24,000 nt of DNA from positions 346,595-370,594 of the forward strand of contig CAZGLV010000001.1 in the NCBI GenBank assembly GCA_964526155.1. The letters are read 5' to 3'. This stretch comes from an uncultured Erysipelotrichaceae bacterium (GTDB lineage: Bacteria; Bacillota_I; Bacilli_A; Erysipelotrichales; Erysipelotrichaceae). Below are positions 17,757 through 24,000 of the stretch, piece after piece. Position numbers and translations under genes: made by a program. Each line of letters starts with the position of its first letter. The first letter of the stretch is position 1. Under the pieces are notes generated by a model. It saw only the letters and a program-made list of their open reading frames with translations, was not told where the DNA came from and made no database searches.

Positions 17757-18104
17757 GGGGGTGTCATGGTTTCGACAGGTTGCTGTTGGATTCAGGCTGC
17801 AGTGGTGTGGCGACCTAATCGCCAAAAAACAAATAACTAACAACAATTACGCTTTCGCTGCTTAATTAGTCTAAACTAGACTTCAGCGTGTCTCCCCGGG
17901 TTCGTCCTTGGGCTTGGGCTAGACATCAGAAACGAGGAATACGGGATCCAGTCGTCCGTACGAAGATCCCCTACAATCCATTCGGGCACATCGAACCAAG
18001 TTCGTCCGTTCGCTAAGGTTCGATTATCAGAAGCGGAATAAACTGTAGATGCTTGAATGTGAAGCACAATTTGGACAGGGGTTCGACTCCCCTCACCTCC
18101 ACCA
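17757..18104 (+). ncRNA. ssrA: tmRNA (SsrA), standard one-piece form
   Basis: The 5' 'GGGGGUGUCAUGGUUUCGACAGG' and 3' 'GGACAGGGGUUCGACUCCCCUCACCUCCACCA' form a tRNA-Ala-like acceptor stem with a G3:U wobble and a T-arm (AGGGG-UUCGACU-CCCCU). The internal tag frame is 'UAAUC GCC AAA AAA CAA AUA ACU AAC AAC AAU UAC GCU UUC GCU GCU UAA' (17821-17865), giving AKKQITNNNYAFAA. The smpB gene is in the same window. Confidence 0.97.
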
Positions 18105-18119
18105 TAAATTTGGTGCACG

Positions 18120-18147
18120 AACCGATTCCCCATGATCGGTTTTTTTG
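18120..18147 (+). terminator. Rho-independent terminator of ssrA
   Basis: Stem 'aaccgat' (18120-18126) pairs with 'atcggtt' (18135-18141) around an 8-nt loop, followed by a T-run to 18146. Confidence 0.8.
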
Positions 18148-18206
18148 TTGCATAAAATATATATAATCAACAACGTTCAAAACCGAAATATATACATTTC
18201 AGAAAA

Positions 18207-18806
18207 CTATTTCTTTTTGTAAATCACATAAATACCAAATGTGATCAACAAACACGTTACAGCATAACTACCAAACATAAACAGGTATTGAGTGGCTTCA
18301 TTCTTGATAGAGATATATTGAAAGATAAACATTTCCATCCGTCGAAACAAAAGCATATAGGGCACAAATATGACTAACCATAAGTTGATGCCATAGAACA
18401 CAGAACGAATGAGTTTTTGTTCGGGTTTCGGGTGGTGGTTTATCAACAATTCAAATGTGACGACCCCAACAATCTGAACGATAAAACCAAGATATGCATA
18501 TTCCCAAACCGCGATCATGAAGACGAGTCCGATCAAAACGACGGCTGTCGAAATGATAATCAAGGATCGGGAACTGAATTGTCTTTTTACGGAGGGTTGA
18601 TCACTCTCAATCGTGTCTTTAAGCAGGTAATCCGTGGATACTTTAAAGTACTCGCTAATCTGGACGATTTTATCAGCTTCGGGTGTTGAAATCCCAAGCT
18701 CCCATTTTGATAATGCTTGTCGGGAAACGTTCAGTTGATCTGCCAAGTTTTCCTGCGTTAGGTTGTGTTCTTTTCGTAATGACTGAATCTTGTTCGCAAT
18801 GTTCAT
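18207..18806 (-). CDS. Membrane-anchored XRE-family (HTH_3) transcriptional regulator with 4 C-terminal TM segments
   Basis: The start was trimmed to the ATG at 18806, which has RBS 'AAGGAG' 7 nt upstream. The HTH is 'IQSLRKEHNLTQENLADQLNVSRQALSKWELGISTPEADKIVQISEYFKVSTDYLL'. Four hydrophobic helices follow (for example 'LIIISTAVVLIGLVFMIAVW' and 'YLFMFGSYAVTCLLITFGIYVIY'). Confidence 0.85.
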   Translation of the reverse strand: MNIANKIQSLRKEHNLTQENLADQLNVSRQALSKWELGISTPEADKIVQISEYFKVSTDYLLKDTIESDQPSVKRQFSSRSLIIISTAVVLIGLVFMIAVWEYAYLGFIVQIVGVVTFELLINHHPKPEQKLIRSVFYGINLWLVIFVPYMLLFRRMEMFIFQYISIKNEATQYLFMFGSYAVTCLLITFGIYVIYKKK

Positions 18807-18848
18807 ATACAGTCTCCTTAGTTTATGCATTAATCTTAGCTAACATCC

Positions 18849-18877
18849 ACTATACCATCTACCATGCATGGATTGAA
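18849..18877 (-). promoter_or_regulatory. Promoter of the XRE-TM gene (TTCAAT-17-TGgTATAGT) with a 10-bp palindrome in the spacer
   Basis: The minus strand reads 'gcTTCAATccatgcatggtagaTGgTATAGTgg'. The perfect palindrome 'ccatgcatgg' (18862-18871) lies between -35 and -10, which is a plausible autoregulatory operator. Confidence 0.5.
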
Positions 18878-19219
18878 AGCGCGCAACGGTTGGTTGCGAA
18901 TCAAAAGTCTGCAGATAATTGGGCAACTTGTGATGTTTCGTTTTAGTTGGCACATTGTACTGAAACCGCTGGTTAATGAAATGATTGAGTTGATGAAGTT
19001 CAAACATATATAATCTCAATAGAGCTAAAACCAACCCATCTCTCGTTATACTTCCACTTGCCTCCCAAACAAAATTAAAGAGACGGTCGCGGAAATAACG
19101 TTTACTCGCTCAGATTTCGGTGTAGATTCGTATGATGCCCATCGTTTAGAGCGTAAGTATAGAAAACAAAAAGCGAAGATGCTAAGATGCATCCATATAC
19201 TCACAAGGGGAGAAAAATC

Positions 19220-19999
19220 ATGGAAAACGAACTACGAAAACTAAAAAGATTTAATTTAATCATGGGATTTTTTCATTTCATTCAAGGGATCGCGATGCTA
19301 TTCTTGGCGACTACCGTCATTCAGAAAATCGCGGAATTCCAACCGGTCATCACGCAAAACTACCAACGATTTGATGAGGTAACACGCACGTTAGTTTTAG
19401 ATAAAAAGGAATTGTTTACGTTACCATTTGGGATTTTGGTTGCCAGTTTCCTACTCATCTCGGCGGTCGCTCACGGGTTGATTTACCTCAACAGTAAGAA
19501 ATACTTCGCGGATCTCAAACGTGGCGTCAATCAATTCCGTTGGTTCGAGTATGCGCTAAGTTCCTCGATCATGATCGTTTTGATCGCAACGTTATTCGGT
19601 ATTTATGACATCGCTTCGCTAACATTGATTTTCTTAGTCAATGCGGCGATGAACTTGTTTGGATTGGATATGGAACTCTTGAATGCGGGAAGCGAAAAGA
19701 AAAAAGTCAATTGGGGTCCGTTTATCTGGGGCTCCGTCGCCGGAATCGCACCGTGGATCGCAATCGTCCTCTATATGACCGGAACCGGAAACTTAGAAAA
19801 CGTTCCTTGGTTTGTCTGGGCGATCGTCGGAACTTACTTCGTCGCATTTAACACCTTCCCGATCAACATGATTCTTCAATACAAGAGAATCGGGAAATGG
19901 AAAAACTATCTCTATGGCGAACGTACGTACATCGTACTAAGTTTGGCCGCGAAATCGATCTTGGCATGGTTGGTACTCTTCGGGGCAATGCAACCGTAA
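19220..19999 (+). CDS. Heliorhodopsin (retinal-binding 7-TM protein, HeR family)
   Basis: The start was trimmed to ATG 19220 (RBS 'GGGGAG' 7 nt upstream), giving 259 aa. 'FRWFEYALSSSIMIVLIA' and 'GERTYIVLSLAAKSILAW' closely match the recalled 48C12 segments 'FRWVEYSLSSSVMIVLIA' and 'GERAYIVLSLVAKSALAW'. The Schiff-base Lys is K245 (AAA 19952-19954) and the counter-ion Glu is E110 (GAG 19547-19549). Conserved His residues sit at 'GFFHF' (H19) and 'SAVAHG' (H85). 'GIAPWIAIVLYM' and 'FLVNAAMNLFG' also match. Confidence 0.9.
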   Translation: MENELRKLKRFNLIMGFFHFIQGIAMLFLATTVIQKIAEFQPVITQNYQRFDEVTRTLVLDKKELFTLPFGILVASFLLISAVAHGLIYLNSKKYFADLKRGVNQFRWFEYALSSSIMIVLIATLFGIYDIASLTLIFLVNAAMNLFGLDMELLNAGSEKKKVNWGPFIWGSVAGIAPWIAIVLYMTGTGNLENVPWFVWAIVGTYFVAFNTFPINMILQYKRIGKWKNYLYGERTYIVLSLAAKSILAWLVLFGAMQP

Positions 20000-20030
20000 A
20001 CAAGACTGAAACTCTTATAATCATTAACTG

Positions 20031-20068
20031 AAACCGCTGTTTGATTTATCTCAAACAACGGTTTTTTT
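20031..20068 (+). terminator. Strong rho-independent terminator after the heliorhodopsin gene
   Basis: A 14-position stem 'aaaccgctgtttga' (20031-20044) pairs with 'tcaaacaacggttt' (20051-20064) with one C/A mismatch and loop 'tttatc', followed by a T-run to 20068. Confidence 0.85.
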
Positions 20069-20136
20069 GCTTATGAAAATACCCTCGGTCGTCTTCAAAT
20101 AGAGGGAACTTTTACCTATAGTATCCTTACTTTTAT

Positions 20137-20185
20137 ATATAGTTATCATAACCATATTGACTAATACCGATAACTATATTATTCT
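20137..20185 (+). promoter_or_regulatory. Putative promoter (TTGACT-17-TATTCT) of DUF1836-degV bracketed by an 11-bp perfect inverted repeat
   Basis: The inverted-repeat arms are 'atatagttatc' (20137-20147) and 'gataactatat' (20169-20179), with a 21-bp spacer that contains the -35 'ttgact' (20157-20162). The -10 'tattct' (20180-20185) ends 7 nt before ATG 20192. Confidence 0.4.
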
Positions 20186-20191
20186 TGATTC

Positions 20192-20710
20192 ATGGAAACA
20201 ACAAACCACAAAAAAACGAATCTTCTTCCGCGGTGGGAAGAACTTCCGGATCTTGATCTCTATATGGATCAAGTCCTAAGTTTGACAGATCGATATTTGG
20301 CGCCCTTGTCGGTAAAGCCGATCACGGCGTCGATGATCAACAATTACGTGAAACTGAAACTGATCCCCCCCACCAAAGGAAAACGCTACAGTCGAATACA
20401 TGTGGCCTTTATCTTCGCGATCGCGGTGCTAAAGGATGTATTTGAGATCGCGCAGATCCGTGACGGGATTTTAATCGAGACCAATGTACTCGGCTTAAAA
20501 AACGCCTATAACTTATTTACGATCGAGATTGAAAGCGCAATCCGACTTGTGGAAGCACAAAGCGGACAAAAAGAACCCATCGCGCTTATCGAAGGTGAAA
20601 TCAGCGACGCCAACAAAATCATGAAGTTCGCCGCGTTGAGTTTTGCGACACAGCGCCATGCGAAAGCGTTGATTCAATTCAACAAACAAGGAGAAACCAA
20701 GCATGAATGA
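20192..20710 (+). CDS. DUF1836 domain protein (putative DNA-binding partner of DegV)
   Basis: 'LPRWEELPDLDLYMDQVLSLTDRYL...ITASMINNYVKLKLIPPTKGKRYSRIHVAFIFAIAVLKDVF' matches the DUF1836 pattern. The gene overlaps the downstream degV start by 8 nt, the usual arrangement. No SD sequence lies upstream of the ATG. Confidence 0.78.
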   Translation: METTNHKKTNLLPRWEELPDLDLYMDQVLSLTDRYLAPLSVKPITASMINNYVKLKLIPPTKGKRYSRIHVAFIFAIAVLKDVFEIAQIRDGILIETNVLGLKNAYNLFTIEIESAIRLVEAQSGQKEPIALIEGEISDANKIMKFAALSFATQRHAKALIQFNKQGETKHE

Positions 20711-21554
20711 AAAAATAGCGATTCTTACGGATTCCGGGAGTGATGTGCCTGCGGATTGGGCAAAAGAATATGGAATCTTCGTACTACCGCTTCAAGTCAT
20801 CTATGAGAATCGTACGTATTCGGACGGGGTCGACATCGATGCCCAATCCGTTTACGATCGACTGCCTATCGAAGTTCCATCAACTTCACTTCCCAAAGGT
20901 GAAGTCGTCGACGAAATCCTTAACCGGATCAAAAGCGAAGGATATACGCACATCTTGGCGGTCGTCCTTTCTTCCGGGCTCTCCGGCACATGTAATTTCA
21001 TCCGACTGATGGCACAAGAAAGTACGATTCCGTTTCATGTGGTCGATACCAAAAACATCGGGATCGGAAGCGGACTCAGTGTCATGAAGGCGGCGCGTCT
21101 TGTTAGGGAAGGTATATCCTTTAGCGAACTGATCGAAAAAGTCGAAGCAAGCACGAAGAAAACCAAAGTCTTCTTCGTACTTTCGACCCTTGAATATCTG
21201 AAGAAAGGCGGACGCATCGGAAAAGTCACCGCCTTATTGGGGACAACGTTTGACCTCAAACCGATCATCACATGCAACGAAGACGGAATCTACACCACCG
21301 TCACGAAAACACGCGGAAGAAAAGCATCTTTACGCCGGCTTCAAGAGTTGGTCTATGATTTCGCTGATGGTGCTACCAATATCAGTATCGGATTCTCACA
21401 CGGAGATGCCTTTAGTGAAATCACCGCGCTCAAAGAAGATGTACTAAGCCATCTAACCAACGTGAAGCAAGTCTACTTCGGACAAGTTTCTCCGGCGCTC
21501 GGCGTCCATACCGGACCGGGGTTGATCGGAATCGGTATTTCAATCGACGATTAA
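20703..21554 (+). CDS. DegV family fatty-acid-binding protein (FakB-like)
   Basis: 'IAILTDSGSDVP', 'STSLPKGEVVDEI', 'ILAVVLSSGLSGT', 'LEYLKKGGRIGK' and 'GVHTGPGLIGIG' are canonical DegV motifs. RBS is AAGGAGA. Confidence 0.93.
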   Translation: MNEKIAILTDSGSDVPADWAKEYGIFVLPLQVIYENRTYSDGVDIDAQSVYDRLPIEVPSTSLPKGEVVDEILNRIKSEGYTHILAVVLSSGLSGTCNFIRLMAQESTIPFHVVDTKNIGIGSGLSVMKAARLVREGISFSELIEKVEASTKKTKVFFVLSTLEYLKKGGRIGKVTALLGTTFDLKPIITCNEDGIYTTVTKTRGRKASLRRLQELVYDFADGATNISIGFSHGDAFSEITALKEDVLSHLTNVKQVYFGQVSPALGVHTGPGLIGIGISIDD

Positions 21555-21556
21555 TA

Positions 21557-21596
21557 AAAACGCCGCAGACAATCAAGATTGTCCACGGCGTTTTTG
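21557..21596. terminator. Bidirectional terminator between degV (+) and the CxxC membrane protein gene (-)
   Basis: The outer stem 'aaaacgccg' (21557-21565) pairs with 'cggcgtttt' (21586-21594). The inner stem is 'gacaat' / 'attgtc' with a 4-nt loop. An A-run lies on the left and a T-run on the right. Confidence 0.7.
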
Positions 21597-21602
21597 TTTG
21601 GG

Positions 21603-22085
21603 TTATTGTGTCGAATATCGAACTTTACATTTACCTTTTTCGATTTCCCACAAGGTGATTCCGATTCCTAACAGAATCAGAACCAATGAGATAAACTTAT
21701 AGGGTAGGCCGGCCAAGGGAAGGGCAATCACAGAAAACGCAATGCCGAGATTGGCGAAGAATGCGATGACACAAGGCGTACAACCATAGGTCAAAATTCC
21801 GAAAAGTACGGAGATAAATCCTAGATTGGAACCGACGCTCTCTTTGCCTTTGAGGTTGGCCATGATCGTACTGAGATTCATCAATAACGCGGAAAGGAAA
21901 GACATCACAATGTTTAGCGAAATGTTAACGACGACCAAGACCGTTCCATAGGTCTTTGCCATTTGCGCATAACTCAGGTTGAATCCATCAACCATCGTGT
22001 AAATCAACAGAAAGAAAGCAAAGAAACCCAATCCCTGAAGTAGATATTTACGGTTCTGAAGTTGTTTTAAGGCGAGTTGGATCAT
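21603..22085 (-). CDS. Hypothetical polytopic membrane protein with intramembrane CxxC ('YGCTPCVIAFF')
   Basis: RBS 'GGAGG' lies just upstream of the ATG. Four to five hydrophobic helices are visible and the pair Cys-Thr-Pro-Cys sits inside the third. The C-terminus 'KGKCKVR' carries another Cys. No family was recognised. Confidence 0.6.
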   Translation of the reverse strand: MIQLALKQLQNRKYLLQGLGFFAFFLLIYTMVDGFNLSYAQMAKTYGTVLVVVNISLNIVMSFLSALLMNLSTIMANLKGKESVGSNLGFISVLFGILTYGCTPCVIAFFANLGIAFSVIALPLAGLPYKFISLVLILLGIGITLWEIEKGKCKVRYSTQ

Positions 22086-22327
22086 AAAACCTCCGTAATC
22101 ATTCCGCTATAATATACCACACTCAAGAAATCGATGGGTTTTCGATGACCAAACAATCTCGGTGATCGTACTAACACGAAAACAGAAAGGTAAGCTTATT
22201 GTAAGTAAATCATAATCAAAAGTCATCTATTAGGAAAGCAAGGTTGAACTCATAAAAATCCTGATGAATGACTATGATACAATAATGATAATCGCAGAAG
22301 AGGCGAAATCGAATCGGGGGAACTCGA

Positions 22328-23137
22328 ATGAATCAAACCACGCCGCAAAAACTAGACCGACTCATAGAGAAACTCTGTGAACTTGACGAAGTATCAGCCA
22401 TCGGAATCAGCGGAAAAGCGCCGCAAACATGGACCCCGGAAGAAGGGGACATCGATATTTTCATTTATTGCGATCCCATTCCGAAGGAAGAACGCCGGCA
22501 GATAATAACCAAAGAACTCGCGGATGTAATTCAAAACACGAGAATCGGTGTTTTTGAAGGTGGACATTGGGGGAAGGGTGACTTTGCGACTCTCGATGGT
22601 ATCGAAACGTGGATGATGTACTTCACGATCGAGGAAACCCAACGGAACATAGAAGATATTCTTTCCGGAAAATATCCGGATAAGTTGGATAACGAATACT
22701 ATCCGATCGCCCGATGTGCCATGTTTCGTGATCTTAGAATCCAATATGACAAGAATGGATTCCTGACGGGTCTGAAGAATCGGCTCGCGACCTATCCCGA
22801 TAAGCTTGCGCGAACAATGATCCGTTATCACTTGAAGGCACTTGAAGACACCGAAGATCTAATGCGCGCTGTGCAACGCAAAGATGTGTTGTTTTATCAC
22901 TTTGCCATGGAAATCGCACTCGATCACTTCCTTCAAGCGCTCTTTGCGATCAATCGTGTTTATTTCCCAAGTCGTAAACGTTCGATCGAGTGGATCCGGC
23001 GATTTCCACTGAAACCTCAAGATTGCGAAATACGATTAGCGAAGGTGATTCAACTTGGCGGGGATCCGGACTTTATGGAGGAATCTCACCGATCCTTTGC
23101 GGAACTTGTTGTTGAACTCTTCGGATTCGACGGGTAA
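22328..23137 (+). CDS. Pol-beta superfamily nucleotidyltransferase with C-terminal helical domain (DUF4037-like)
   Basis: 'VSAIGISGKAPQTWTPEEGDIDIFIYCD' carries the G-S ... D-x-D minimal nucleotidyltransferase signature. An alpha-helical C-terminal half of about 150 aa follows. RBS is 'GGGGGA'. Confidence 0.7.
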   Translation: MNQTTPQKLDRLIEKLCELDEVSAIGISGKAPQTWTPEEGDIDIFIYCDPIPKEERRQIITKELADVIQNTRIGVFEGGHWGKGDFATLDGIETWMMYFTIEETQRNIEDILSGKYPDKLDNEYYPIARCAMFRDLRIQYDKNGFLTGLKNRLATYPDKLARTMIRYHLKALEDTEDLMRAVQRKDVLFYHFAMEIALDHFLQALFAINRVYFPSRKRSIEWIRRFPLKPQDCEIRLAKVIQLGGDPDFMEESHRSFAELVVELFGFDG

Positions 23138-23205
23138 ACTTCGATCAGCGAAGGGAGATCATCCCACAAGGCAAACGTATTTTGACATAAATTTGGAGGG
23201 GAAAC

Positions 23206-23643
23206 ATGAAACTGTCGATTGAGAAGATCGGTCATGAATCGGAAGAAGAAATCATCATCAAGTGCCACGAGGTCAATGACGAGGTTTTGGAGTGGGTTAA
23301 CCGATTCAAGACAAAAACCGATGTGCTACTTGGATATAGCGGCGAGGGAATCTATCGGATTCAACCCAAAGATGTCTACTACTTCGAATCCGTCGACAAT
23401 AAAGTGTTTATCTATTGTAAGGATAAGGACTATGAGTCAAAACAAAAGCTGTATGAACTTGAAGAACTCTATGGCGGCAAGCGGTTTTTCCGAGCATCCA
23501 AATCGGTCATCCTCAATCTCACGAAGATATCCTGTGTCATCCCATCGATTAGCGGACGGTTTGAGGCAAAGTTGGAAAACGGCGAGACCGTAGTGATCTC
23601 AAGACAATATGTCCCGGTCGTGAAACAGATGTTAGGGATCTAG
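23206..23643 (+). CDS. LytTR-family DNA-binding protein (no receiver domain)
   Basis: 'IYRIQPKDVYYFESVDNKVFIYCKDKDYESKQKLYELEE...FFRASKSVILNLTKI...GRFEAKLENGETVVISRQYV' is a LytTR domain. A short N-terminal region of about 45 aa precedes it. RBS is GGAGGGG. Confidence 0.85.
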   Translation: MKLSIEKIGHESEEEIIIKCHEVNDEVLEWVNRFKTKTDVLLGYSGEGIYRIQPKDVYYFESVDNKVFIYCKDKDYESKQKLYELEELYGGKRFFRASKSVILNLTKISCVIPSISGRFEAKLENGETVVISRQYVPVVKQMLGI

Positions 23644-23652
23644 GGGGAAATC

Positions 23653-24000
23653 ATGATAACCAAAGAACGAGTGCTAAAACTCATTACGGACTACTTCATC
23701 ATATTCGGAATCCTGATGTTCGGGACCATCCTTTTTACCCCCGATACCAATATCAATAAACAATACATCCAACTGGCGATGACGTTCGCCTGGGTCGGAG
23801 ACTTACCGAGCCTTGTATTTTGGAGCCGTAAGGAATTAACTGAATCCCAACAACGTTTGCGTATGTTGCTTCACTTTGTCTTATTGGAAACCGCAGTCCT
23901 GCTTTTTGCGACCTACGCAAAGATCGTCAGCGGGTTTCCCGCTTATGTCGGTTTCGCTCTACAGATCGGTGTCATCTATTTGCTGGTTCGGTTGGTCGCT
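23653..24000 (+). CDS. Small membrane protein, DUF3021-like partner of the LytTR regulator (3'-truncated by the window edge)
   Basis: This ORF is not in the ORF track because it runs off the window. ATG 23653 has RBS 'GGGGGA' and lies 9 nt after the LytTR stop. My own translation 'MITKERVLKLITDYFIIFGILMFGTILF...LRMLLHFVLLETAVLLFATYA...FALQIGVIYLLVRLVA' stays open to base 24000 with several TM helices. Confidence 0.6.
   Translation, partial: MITKERVLKLITDYFIIFGILMFGTILFTPDTNINKQYIQLAMTFAWVGDLPSLVFWSRKELTESQQRLRMLLHFVLLETAVLLFATYAKIVSGFPAYVGFALQIGVIYLLVRLVA

Noticed and set aside
17620-18133. ORFs 17620-17865 (+) and 17876-18133 (-) listed in the track.
   Set aside because: Both lie within the tmRNA gene. 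The plus-strand one merely ends with the tmRNA tag frame (..AKKQITNNNYAFAA) and the minus-strand one is antisense to the structured RNA.
18840-19034. 64-aa minus-strand ORF in the XRE/heliorhodopsin divergent region.
   Set aside because: It has no RBS and overlaps the predicted XRE promoter. The sequence shows no recognisable domain, and I could not match it to an integrase or transposase remnant.
19187-19219. ORF-track N-terminal extensions, for example MHPYTHKGRKI before the heliorhodopsin. Similar extensions occur at 1828, 5636, 8933, 14586, 14609 and 18830.
   Set aside because: In each case an internal ATG or GTG preceded by a proper Shine-Dalgarno sequence matches the conserved N-terminus of the family. 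The extensions run through promoters or terminators.
18969-20039. 13-bp direct repeat 'ACTGAAACCGCTG' at 18969-18981 and 20027-20039 bracketing the heliorhodopsin gene, a possible target-site duplication or cassette boundary.
   Set aside because: For a 24-kb window, roughly four exact 13-mer repeats are expected by chance (N^2/2 divided by 4^13). The second copy is simply the left arm of the gene's terminator. No recombinase or further flank homology is evident. Only comparison with relatives lacking the gene could revive the idea.
18105-22330. Prophage or integrative island inserted at the 3' end of ssrA.
   Set aside because: No integrase, excisionase, phage or conjugation genes are present. 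I could not find a second copy of the tmRNA 3' terminus ('..GGTTCGACTCCCCTCACCTCCACCA') downstream within the window. Only the compositional shift remains, and that is reported separately at low confidence.

Overview
Chromosomal window from a monoderm, Bacillota-like genome (lineage not resolvable from sequence alone). It is roughly half core housekeeping and half accessory. The left 12 kb is all on the + strand: the 3' part of folC, a FolT-like ECF S-component, glgC-glgD-glgA, pgk-tpiA-eno, then secG-rnr-smpB. This matches the remembered Bacillus subtilis order (pgk..eno, secG-rnr-smpB-ssrA). Here smpB and ssrA are split by about 5.7 kb carrying a lemA-DUF2207 operon (- strand), a 7-bladed-propeller lactonase, a LacI-family regulator and an orphan 4-TM protein. 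A clean one-piece tmRNA follows (17757-18104, predicted tag AKKQITNNNYAFAA). To the right of ssrA the sequence looks more AT-rich by eye and patchier. It holds a membrane-anchored XRE regulator (-), a divergent stand-alone heliorhodopsin gene (19220-19999, Schiff-base Lys and counter-ion Glu conserved), DUF1836-degV, a CxxC membrane protein, a DUF4037-type nucleotidyltransferase, and a LytTR regulator with a DUF3021-like membrane partner that runs off the right edge. No rRNA, tRNA, CRISPR array, transposase or integrase was recognised. The most interesting element is the heliorhodopsin and its head-to-head arrangement with the membrane-embedded HTH protein. That pair could be a light-sensor/transducer pair, but this is a hypothesis only. 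All family assignments come from motif recognition by eye; no database search was run.
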